Source: Scenedesmus sp. PABB004 (lineage: Eukaryota). From it: a DNA stretch of 64,000 bases. The notes beneath the pieces were generated by a model that saw only the letters and a list, made by a program, of their open reading frames with translations, searched no databases and was not told where the DNA came from. The stretch lies in assembly GCA_014905635.1 (NCBI GenBank), contig JABVCE010000032.1, forward strand, positions 62,001-126,000, given 5' to 3'. Of this stretch, positions 54,592-64,000 are shown one piece after another. Numbering within the stretch: the stretch's first letter is position 1; every line of letters begins with the position of its first letter. Position numbers and translations under genes: made by a program.

Positions 54592-55176
54592 TCAGCGCGC
54601 TGCCCAGTTTGCAGGTCGCGCAGCACTTAACCTCACAGACATACGTGGTGGACGAGGCAAGTGGTGCTGTGCGCGCGGTGCACGCCCACGGCAGCGCAGC
54701 CGGCGCCCGCGCCTCCCAGCGCCCCAGGATGGATGCTCACCTCCCCGCCCGCCAAACGCGCCAGCGGAGCCGGAGCGCCTGAACTCGCCGCCGCCGCGGC
54801 CGCGGCCGCCCGCGCCGGCGGCGACCATGCTCATGCGCACGACCTTGGGAATCTTGGGCAGCACGCTCACGCTCACTGCACCCAGCACCAGCGGGCGCGT
54901 CTTGTAGTCCACCAGCACCTGCGACCAGCCCGCGTCAGGCCGCGTGGGTCTGGCCCCTGCCCGGGGCGCGCCCAACCGACCTGCAGCTGCGCATGGCGCA
55001 CCAAGCAGGCCGGCCCGCCGCACCTTTTGCGCGGACGCTTCTTGCGCAAAGTCGACGTACGCCGTGTTGGTTTCGTGCGTGCGGCTGAGCACGACCAGCA
55101 CGTTGGTGATGGGGCCGCAGCTCTCAAACAGCGCTGCCAGCTGCTCGCAGGTGGTGGTGCCGGGGATGCCGCGCAC
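54592..55176 (-). pseudogene. RRM plus Arg/Gly-rich tail fragment, apparently 5'-truncated
   Basis: VRGIP..LAALFESCGPI..AYVDFAQ; one GT-AG intron; GGRGRGGG tail; no clear start. Confidence 0.55.
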
Positions 55177-55311
55177 GTGCCCGACGCCTCCGCCATGCAG
55201 GCCTCTGCGCTGCCCCTGTCGCCGCCCTGCAGCAGCGGCAGTCAGGGGCGCGGCTGCGCCTGGCGCCGCCGCGGGCGCGCACCAGGTCGAGGAGGCAGCT
55301 GCCAGGGTGCC

Positions 55312-56942
55312 TCAACTGAGCGCAGAGCTGTTGAGGCGCGCCAGCAGCGACGCCACGGCGGGCGCGTGCGCCGCCATGCTGAGGTCGACGAGCTCATTGT
55401 ACTTGCGGTTCGTGGGGTCTTTGTAGTGCACAACACGCAGCTCGGTGCGCGGATCGGGGTTGTGCTGCGCCCCGCCGCCAGTGATGAGGTGAACGCTGTG
55501 GGCGACACCGGCAGCAAACACGTTGAGCACATTGCGAGGGCGGCATTGCTCGGCCAGACTTCGCACGCATCCCTCACCTCATGTAATTGACGGATTCCGG
55601 CCGCGCGAGCAGCTTGTCGCCGTCGATGCGGCTGGGGCCTGCGGTGAAGGTCGCCAGCTGCAGTCCACCGCCGGCTGCGTCCGCTGCGGCCTGCTGCGTG
55701 GCATTGGCGCTGGAGCCGAGGTACATGCCCTTCACCTGGCGGTTTCGAGGCGGGCAAGCGGGTTGGTGCGTGGCGGCAGCCAGGCGCGCGCGCGCGTGTT
55801 GGCAGCGCGCGCCTGGCGGCCCCGTACACGGCCGCCCGACCTGAAAGGCGCCGAGGTGCTCCATGTGGCTGCGCGCCGCCAGCCACTCGGCGACCGTCGT
55901 GTTTGTGCCGTCCGTGACCTGCAAGTACTCGTCCACGTCGGTCAGCGCGACCCAGCGGGCGCGCCCCCGATGGCGCACGAGGCAGCCGCACTGCTCCGCT
56001 TGCTGGAACGCCCAGCTGCCGGCGAGCTCAGGCGGCCAGTCAAAGTCAACGACCGTGACCAGGCCCGCCTGCACCAGCGGCCGCAGCGCCTCCTCCGCCG
56101 GCCCCGGCGGGTCGTCCACGTAGATGAAAAAGTGTTGCACGCCCTGCAGCGCGTGATATGCCACCCATTCGGGCACCAGGCGCACGGCAGACTGGCGCAC
56201 CATGGTGCAGGCGACGAGGTGCCGGAACGGCGGAGCGCCGGGAGGGTACAGGCAGTACGGCACGCGCTCGTACCGCCGCGTTGCTGTGTTGGCACCGCTG
56301 TCATTGCCGTGAAGCTCGACCCCGATGCTGACGTGCAGCGGCGCCGCTGGGTCGTGCCGTTCCTGGAGCTCCGCCGGCAGCTGGGCGTGGATGATGAACG
56401 TGTGCCCGTGCCCGTCCAGCCCCAGCGAGCGCGCGCGCGCGGTCGTCCCGACCTCGTCAAACGTGATGCTCCATACGCCGTCGCGCACCCACTGGTGCGC
56501 TGGGTTGGGGTGGATCTTGTTGTTCATCACTGCGTAGACCCGGTCCTGGTGCGCGGTGTGGTGGCCAGGGGAGGTTTGTGAGAGCAGCCGCCGCGGCCCG
56601 GGCTGCTCACGGCCGAGCGTGTGCAGGACGCACTTGCGCCACGATGACCTCGCTCAGCCCCGGCCACGCGTCGCGGGGGTCGCGCAGCCCTGCGTTGTAC
56701 TCCCAGAAGCGCCGCCGGCTCACGCGCAGGAAGCCGTCCGCGCACTCGCCGTCGCCGCCGGCACCGGCGGCCGAGCTGCGGGCGCTGATGCTGGCGGCGG
56801 GGGCTTGTGGTGGTGGTGCTGGGGGTGCTTGGGACGCCGGCAGCTCGCTTGACCGCGGGCAAGCCGTGCTGACGATGAGGGCGGCGTAGGCGACGACAGC
56901 AGCGGCCGCGATCGCTGCCAGCACAGCCCCGCTGCGCTTCAT
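55312..56942 (-). CDS. GT92 (DUF23) glycosyltransferase-like, type II membrane
   Basis: 4 exons; LVACTMVR, EWVAYHALQGVQHFFIY, WVALTDVDEYL, VHY motifs. Confidence 0.85.
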
Positions 56943-57112
56943 TTTCGGCCGCCAGGGCCATGCGGGCATCGAACACCGTTCGACAGCTGGAGCTGAACTG
57001 CCGTTGGCGGAAGGGTTGATGCTTGAATAAATGTTATTCTTGATGTTATTTTGGTTTCAAATGCGATTAAAGCGCACCGTCATGTTTTGAGGTGCATTGG
57101 TGCCTGGGGACG

Positions 57113-58405
57113 ATGGCGCGGCGCGCACGGTCAGCGGTCCTCTTGCTCGCGCTCGCTTTCCTGCACGTCGCGCAGCAACAGCAGCTCGCGGCGTATCCCT
57201 TTCATGTCTCGTGCTCGGGGCTCGCGGCCAGCAAGCAGACGTGCCTGTTCAACAACGTTTGCTTCGTGCCCGGCGCCAACGCCAGCCTCACCGTGCTGCT
57301 GCATGGCACCTCGACAGCACAGCACACTGAGCTGGCGCGGCGGCACTTTGAGGGACTGCTCGCGCCGCACTACGGCGGCGGGGTCTGGTTCAACGCCTCC
57401 AATGCACCCGCGCCGGTGCGCTCGGACCCGGATGGACCGACAGTCGACCACGCGGTGACGCTGTTTTGGCGTCCGGACCCCAACAATCAGTACTCGTTCG
57501 GGCACGCCCTCGTCAACGAGGTCTTCTCAATGTTCCTGGTGCTGTCCAACCACTTTGGCGACCACATCCCGCGCCGTCTGCAGGTCGTTTGCGCGAGCAG
57601 CTGGCACCCGGTCCTGCACCACCTTGTGTCAAGCATGATCGCGCACAGAGCGCAGCTGTGGACCGACAAGATGAAGGCGCACGAGCGGGGCGTGTGCTAC
57701 CGCCACGTGCTCGTCGGGGACGGCGGCTACGTCCACGCGTCGCGCGCGTCGCTCACAAACAGCGGTCACCCCCAGGCCGCGCAGTATGCCAGCGGGCCCA
57801 GCTTTTTCAGCAGCCGCAACTGGTGGGCCTTCCGGGCGTACGCCCTGGAGCTGGCGGGCGTCGTCGAGGACAACAGCGCCCACCACACGCGACCGCGTGA
57901 CCTTGTCCTGCTCAATGACAAGCGGCACGGCAGCGAGGCCGACCGGCGGATGATCATGGACATTGAGCAAGTGGCCGCCAACCTCAGCGCGGCGCTGCCG
58001 AGCGCCGAGGTGGCGGCCGTGCGCATTCGCGACCTGGCGTGGCCCGACCAGCTGCGCGTGCTCACGCGTACCAGCGTATTCATAACGACACAGGGCAGCA
58101 GCGCGTTCCGCCTCATCTTCTTGCCCAGGGGCGCCGTGTGCGTCATGGTTGGAGCGCCGGCTGAGCCGGGCTCAGAGTGGGAATCGTTCCACGAGCTGGA
58201 CAAGTGGTTTCCGCTCAGTTGGGTGGAGTTCGTCAAGTATGAAGTGCCTCTCAACGCGACCTGGGCATATGAGCCGTCACCCCTCTCCTGCACGTGGGTC
58301 AACAACACCAACACGAGGGACAGGGGCTGGTGCCTGTACAACGCTAACATCAGGCTGAACGCCAGCCGGTTGCACGGCATAGTTGCCCCGTTCGTGCGTG
58401 CATGA
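57113..58405 (+). CDS. GT61 (DUF563) glycosyltransferase-like, intronless
   Basis: Signal/TM; CLFNNVC, FGHALVN, DQLRVLTRTSVFITTQGSSAFRLIFLPRGA. Confidence 0.75.
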   Translation: MARRARSAVLLLALAFLHVAQQQQLAAYPFHVSCSGLAASKQTCLFNNVCFVPGANASLTVLLHGTSTAQHTELARRHFEGLLAPHYGGGVWFNASNAPAPVRSDPDGPTVDHAVTLFWRPDPNNQYSFGHALVNEVFSMFLVLSNHFGDHIPRRLQVVCASSWHPVLHHLVSSMIAHRAQLWTDKMKAHERGVCYRHVLVGDGGYVHASRASLTNSGHPQAAQYASGPSFFSSRNWWAFRAYALELAGVVEDNSAHHTRPRDLVLLNDKRHGSEADRRMIMDIEQVAANLSAALPSAEVAAVRIRDLAWPDQLRVLTRTSVFITTQGSSAFRLIFLPRGAVCVMVGAPAEPGSEWESFHELDKWFPLSWVEFVKYEVPLNATWAYEPSPLSCTWVNNTNTRDRGWCLYNANIRLNASRLHGIVAPFVRA

Positions 58406-58447
58406 CGGCAACTCGTTGCTAAGAGATGCGCGTGCTACTACCACTGC

Positions 58448-60279
58448 GCGAGCAGCTGGCAGCGCTGTGTTTGAGAGCTCCGGCCCCATCACCAACGTGC
58501 TGGTCGTGCCCAGCCGCACGCACGAAACCAACACGGCGTACATCGACTTTGCGCAAGAAGCGTCTGCGCAAAAGGTGCGGCGGGCCGGCCTGCTTGGTGC
58601 GCCGTGCGCAGCTGCAGGTCGGTTGGGCGCGCCCCGGGCAGGGGCCAGACCCACGCGGCCTGACGCGGGCTGGTCGCAGGTGCTGGTGGACTACAAGACG
58701 CGCCCGCTGGTGCTGGGTGCAGTGAGCGTGAGCGTGCTGCCCAAGATTCCCAAGGTCGTGCGCATGAGCATGGTCGCCGCCGGCGCGGGCGGCCGCGGCC
58801 GCGGCGGCGGCGAGTTCAGGCGCTCCGGCTCCGCTGGCGCGTTTGGCGGGCGGGGAGGTGAGCATCCATCCTGGGGCGCTGGGAGGCGCGGGCGCCGGCT
58901 GCGCTGCCGTGGGCGTGCACCGCGCGCACAGCACCACTTGCCTCGTCCACCACGTATGTCTGTGAGGTTAAGTGCTGGGCGACCTGCAAACTGGGCAGCG
59001 CGCTGAGACACTGCACGCAGCTGGGTGGTGGCGCAGGGGGGGGGGGGACTGTGTGGAAACCGGTTGACACAGACACACGCCTGTGTCTGTGGCGCCATGT
59101 TTGTTTGGCCGCACCCCCCTCACCGTGGCGCTGCCGAGCACGCCAAGGCTGTGCTAGCGCGTCTGGACGGAAGCAGTTAGTCATCACGCCCGCGGCGTCG
59201 ACGCCGCCATCGCGGTGCTCGTGCACGATGGTGCTGCGGTTGCTGCAGCGCCGCCACTCCCAGTCTTGGAAGCGCTCGTCGTGCGTCGTCTCCGCGTGCC
59301 GGCCAGCCAGTGCGCCACCGCCGCGTCCTGTGCCAGGGCACCGTCAGCATCATGCCCTCGCCCGCGGCGCCGCCAGGAAGGCGACCGCGTCGGCGCTGGG
59401 CACGATGGAGCCCATACCCGAGCAGTACCGCGGCGCCCGAGGGGAAGGTATAGCGCAGCGACGGCGGGCAGTAGCCGAGCAGCAGGCGCGCGCGCGGCAG
59501 CGCCGGCGCGACGTCGGCCAGGAAGTAGTCGAGACGTAGTCGATATGGAAGAACGAGTCGTCACCGAGGCGCACAAAGTGCGCAAACTCGTAGCGCACCA
59601 CCGTCCACGCCGCCGCGCGCACGACCTTCATCAAGCACGCCGCAGAGTCGGCGCCCGGCGGCGGCGGTGCGCTGTGCGAATGTCGCCGCCGCGTACTCCG
59701 CGCTCAGGTTGGCCGCCGCCGGGCGGCCACCACCTGCGACTGCCCTGCCTTGATGCTGAGCTGCATGGTCACCCGGCTGCTCGCTGTACGAAGTTGGCTG
59801 CTGGCACGCGCGCCCCGAAGCGGCCAGAGCTACAGTAGCTGCAGCGGGCGGTCGGGTTTTCGCCTGGCGAAATAGCTCTGGTTATGACGCTGTTGGTTTC
59901 AACTGCTGGTCTGCCGCCACGCCTGCCGCGTGGCCGTCACGCTCCCGGTGGTCTGTGGTGGAAGCGGCAGCGGACAGCGCGCCCATCCAGCGGCAGTGGC
60001 GACAACAAGATGTTCGGCCACGGCAGAAACACCCGGGCGCTCGCTTGTGCAACAACTTTTGCACTCGCGGCGCTCGGGTTGATCGCGAAGCACAAGCAGC
60101 TAGCCGTTCATAGCGTTGGCTCGGGGCGCAGCGACGCGCCGTGCGAGCGCCACGGGAAGCTGGTGGAACTGCGCTCGCTGCCGCCGTCGCCGCCGCCATC
60201 GCCGCCGGCGCCGAGGCGCGCCCGCCGGCTCGTGGTGAGCATGAGCAGCTTTCCCGGCCGCGCCGAGCTGGCGGTGCCG
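58448..60279. repeat. Inverted repeat IR3, right arm (second copies of the RRM fragment ~58448-59006 and GT31 pseudogene ~59140-59740)
   Basis: Reverse complement of 53321-55150. Confidence 0.95.
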
Positions 60280-61214
60280 ACCGTGTACTCCATCATGTAC
60301 GGGCGGCGCGTGCCGGACGCGTTCTACTTCTGGGTCGCGCTCAACGTCACCCGCCTCGTGCCGGACGGCGAGACGGGCAAAATTCCCGAGCCCGCCGTTG
60401 CTGTGGGGCAGCAGTTCAGCGGCATCGTGCGCGTCGCGGCAGCGCCACACGACTGGGGCCCCGCCACTAAGCTGCTGCCGACGCTGCGGGAGGAGACGGA
60501 TGCCGACACCGTGATCATCACCGTGGACGGTGCGTGCCCTGGGTCCTGCGGCGACAAGGTCTAGGCAGCGAAGAGGAGGCCCCGCAAGCCGCCGCCGCCG
60601 CCACCCTGCAGACGACACGTACTACCACCCCGACACGGTCTTGGACTTGGAGGCGGCCATCTTGGAGCGCCCTGGACACGCAATCGTGCGCAGCTGCGAG
60701 CTGACACACCTGAACGCGTCGCACGACCCTCCCCGGTGGAAGGAGTGGAAGCTGGACGAAGGCCTGTGCGCCGGCTTCATGACGGCGTATGCGAGCGCAG
60801 GTGCGGTGACGCTGACGGCGGCATTTGCAGCTTCCTGGCACCACAGGCCCCTTCCGTCAAACCGCTCCGCCCCCCGCCACAGCGTACCGGCGGGGCTTTT
60901 TCGACGAAGCCGTGTTCGACCAGGACGCGGCGCCGGACGCATGCCGCCATCATGACGACATCTGGTTCAGCGGCCACCTCTGGCTGCGAGGGGTGCCGGT
61001 GTGGATCTTGAAGCCGTTTGAGCACGCGTGGCCGCCGATGTACCACATGCCAAAAAATCGAATGTCCATTTCGGCGCACCCCGACACCAACAAGAAGCAG
61101 GTGGAGTGCCTGGACTACTGGGGATGGCTGCAGGACCAGGCGGTGCGCAAGCGGCTGCGCCGCGGACGCGCGACTTACAAGCAGGCAGGCGGTGAGCCGG
61201 TTCGGAAATCGTAG
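59884..61214 (+). CDS. Putative GT-A fold glycosyltransferase (alternative start at 60010)
   Basis: Exons to 60529, 60612-60800, 60883-61214; VVSMSSFPGR, DWGPATKLLP, IITVDDDTYY, YRRGFF, DDIWFSGHL. Confidence 0.7.
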
Positions 61215-61317
61215 CAAAGTAGTGCACGGCCGTGTCCTCGGCTTCTCCGCTGCGGCCGCAGCAGCCTGTTCGCCGAGGCTGCCCGACAGGAGGGCCCAGA
61301 GCACCGTGCGCTGACGC

Positions 61318-61860
61318 TCACCGTCGTGGCGCAGTCCCCCAGCACGGCCGGAGCGCCTGTGCCGCGGCTGGCTGCCGGCGCCATGGCGGTGAGGCGGCGC
61401 AGCCACTCGTCGCGGTCGCGCACCTTCATGTTGGACGTGATCAAGCTGCCGTACCTGCGGTGGCGCGGCGCTGGGAGGCGGGCGCGGGCTGGCGCGGGTG
61501 CGGCCGCCGCGCACGCGCCGAGCACCTGTAGACCACCATGATCTGGCGCTCGCCCGGCCCGCCGCCGCCGCCCAGCAGCACCTTGTCCTCGCGCAGGCCG
61601 TCAACTGAGGGTGGCGCGGGGGCTGGAAGGCTGGGGGCGCGGCAGGGGGCAGGGGGTGGGGGGGGGGGCACCCGTGCCAGCAGCAGGTACACGCGCAGCG
61701 GCTCGGGTGGCGGTGGCCGGACCGGCGGCGGCGCCGCCGCTTGCTGTGCGCTGGCCCCTGCGCCGCCCACGAGCCGCTGCCGCCAGCTGCTGCTGGGTCC
61801 GTCGTTGAGTGCGCGGCACGCCGCTGCTCCCCTAGCGCGGCTGTGGCGCACGGGCGGCAG
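61318..61860 (-). other. Unidentified spliced gene fragment
   Basis: Exon-like pieces EPLRVYLLL / DGLREDKVLLG..IMVVY / YGSLITSNMKVRDRDEW with intron-like spacers; frames do not join cleanly. Confidence 0.3.
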
Positions 61861-61915
61861 CAGGCCGGCCGCTGCGGCAACCAGGACTGTGGTCGCGGCG
61901 GCGGCGGCCCCTTTT

Positions 61916-62761
61916 TCATGATGGGCATGTTTTCAAATACTCGTGGTCATGCACAACTGGAGAAAGGTCGCCCCGAACGCGACAGAAGCCTTGTTGTCGC
62001 GTGTGCGGCAACCACCTGCCGCGCCCGCTCACGACAATTGAGCGAAACATGGCCGTGGCTTTGCTTTCTGCATGCTTGATGCTGGAAATTTTGGGGTCAA
62101 ATGCAATCGCCGCCGGCCGCACCGCAAAAAAGTCTGTGTTGATGTGGGCAGCGGTGCAGTTTATCTGGTCTGGGCAAGGCGTGTCATTGCAGTCGGCAAA
62201 GATGCCGTCCACATCAGCATTGTGCATCGCTTCCAGCAGCCAAGTGTCATTGCGAATGATGACGTCAGGGTTGAGCCGGATCACCCAGTCAAACCCGTTA
62301 AACCACCCTCTCGCGAGCGCCACATCCAAAGCCAGGATGGCACCTTCCTGGTAGCCTGGGTTGGTGTACTCGTGCAGCGTGACGGTGGTGTTGGGAAACG
62401 TGCGCGCCAGCAGCTCTGCCCTTTCCGAGTAGCCGCAGCCCGTGGAGAAGACGGTCACCTGTGCAACGGAGCGCAGGAGCTTGGACCGCGCGATGGCCCC
62501 CGGCCAGCAGCGCTTCAAGAACTGGACGTGGGAATCCGAGAATTGGGAGGTGACGTAGAGCGCAACGCGAGGGCTGCTGCTTTTTGTGAAGTTGTTGGTA
62601 GTGTTGGTCGCGGGTGATCCGAGCTTCCATGCCGTGACTCTGAAAGACCAGGAAGGCTCTGCGGGAGCCCTGAGAACGTGCCACACCGCAGCCGTTGAGA
62701 GCAAGGCGAATCCGAGCACGACAGCTAAGACCGTCGCCCTTGTGCTGGCGTCCGTGGACAT
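61916..62761 (-). CDS. Putative glycosyltransferase-like type II membrane protein, intronless, lower GC
   Basis: 281 aa; TM; NPGYQEGA, FDWVIRLNPDVII, NTDFFA. Confidence 0.6.
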   Translation of the reverse strand: MSTDASTRATVLAVVLGFALLSTAAVWHVLRAPAEPSWSFRVTAWKLGSPATNTTNNFTKSSSPRVALYVTSQFSDSHVQFLKRCWPGAIARSKLLRSVAQVTVFSTGCGYSERAELLARTFPNTTVTLHEYTNPGYQEGAILALDVALARGWFNGFDWVIRLNPDVIIRNDTWLLEAMHNADVDGIFADCNDTPCPDQINCTAAHINTDFFAVRPAAIAFDPKISSIKHAESKATAMFRSIVVSGRGRWLPHTRQQGFCRVRGDLSPVVHDHEYLKTCPS

Positions 62762-63283
62762 TTTTTCTTGGCGGGGCGATGTACTGCAAAATCCTTTTGT
62801 AGTTGCGGAAATTCTTGTTGAATTATTCGGCGGTAAAGTGCCGGCCGACCTCGATAAAAACGTCAGGAGGGCAAAGTTGGCCCGGCAAACAGCCTGGTCG
62901 CCAGCGCTCAGTCACCCGGTCACACAGTGCGATCCGACAGGCTGAAAAACATTCGGTCCTGTCGCAGGAGCGAGGCGCACGCTGGGCTGCTGCGGCAATC
63001 AATCGCAGGGCCAGCACAGAGCCAGGCAGAGTGCCCCAACGCCCGCGGCGCCGCACGCCACGGTCACAGCCACGGAGCCGTGACGCCGGCGATGGTCAGG
63101 GGGGCGGGCCGACGCGCGCCAGCACAATCGCGCGCCGCGCAGCGACTGCGCCGCGTGGCGGGCGGCCGTGCGGCGGGCGCACGGGCCCGGACAGCGGCGG
63201 CGCGCGTGCTGCGCGCCGCTGCACGTGGCGGCTGGCCCCCCCCAGCGCGCACCGGCGCTCTGCACCCTGGGGTAGGACGCCGG

Positions 63284-63690
63284 TCAGAACATCGCCAGCG
63301 CGAGCGCGGCCGCGAGCACGCTCAGCACGCCGGCGGAGGCGGCCGACGCGCCGCTCTGGGCGGGCGGGGCGGTGGTGGTGGGGATGGCGGTGGGCGCGCC
63401 GCCGTACGAGCCCGCGCTGCCCAGCGCCTCGGCCAGCAGCCTGCGCGCGGCGCGGGCGAGTCACGGGTGAGACGGGGGCGGGTGGGGCAGGCGCGCGCGC
63501 CGCGGGATTGGGCGCGGGCGTGTTCAGCGGCGGCGCGCCGCGGCGGCGGCCCCCAGCGGCGCGTGCCGCGCGCGCGCGCCTGGGCACGGGGTCGCTGACG
63601 GGCTGCAGCTCGTTCATCATCATGCTGTCCAGCGCCTCGTCCTGGCGCGCCGCCAGCGCGACCGCTGCGCTGCGGCTGCGGGGCGGTGAC
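63284..63690 (-). CDS. Small protein with GPI-signal-like C-terminus; 5' end uncertain
   Basis: Two exon-like pieces AAVALAARQDEALDSMMMNELQPVSDPVP / RLLAEALGS..SGASAASAGVLSVLAAALALAMF*, joined by a GC-AG intron. Confidence 0.35.
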
Positions 63691-64000
63691 GCGGCGGGGA
63701 CGGGCACGGTCGCAGGCGCCGTCCCGCAGTCCGGGCGGGAGGAGCGCTCGCTGCGCCGCGCTCGCTGCCGGCCGGCCGGCGCCCGCCATCGCCGCGAGAG
63801 GCTGGCCGGCCGCGGCGCATTGCCGGGCGCCCGCGCCGGAGGTGGCGTCAGGCAGCCAGGCGCTCCGGGGGCGCCGCCCGATCGCCGCCCGCAGCGGCTG
63901 ACGGCGCGGGGCGGTAGGCGCACCCCCGGGGGCGGCACCCGACTCAGCATTGCGTGAGCCGCCGCTGTTCAGCCGGCTGTAGCACGAGCAAGCCGGCCTC

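Larger units (their letters stand above)
53321..55150. repeat. Inverted repeat IR3, left arm
   Basis: Reverse complement of ~58448-60279; mirrored ORF coordinates sum to ~113600. Confidence 0.95.

Noticed and set aside
50210..62761. Endogenous giant-virus segment
   Set aside because: No capsid, polymerase, packaging ATPase or other viral hallmark gene; the enzymes have Golgi-type TM anchors and several have introns.

Overview
Very GC-rich eukaryotic DNA with spliceosomal introns and TGTAA poly(A) signals, consistent with a chlorophycean green alga (inference; species not determined). A backbone of conserved genes is present: CYP710 sterol C-22 desaturase, a NEPRO/DUF4477-like gene, an API5-like/RRM/SPOC gene, an LRR gene and cytosolic GluRS. 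It is interleaved with three blocks of intron-poor, mostly type-II-membrane glycan-modifying genes (about 1-8.3 kb, 34.4-39.3 kb, 50.2-62.8 kb). These hold 4 distinct FkbM-like methyltransferases and about 9 putative glycosyltransferases (GT31, GT47, GT61, GT92, STELLO/DUF288 and unassigned DxD families). Two giant secreted Cys-rich/Ser-Pro-rich proteins also lie here, one with an 11-copy exon+intron array. The accessory blocks are bordered by three long inverted repeats and by partial copies of genes from this same window. The conserved genes show many apparent GC-AG introns. All family calls come from motif recognition by eye; no searches were run, and boundaries are approximate.
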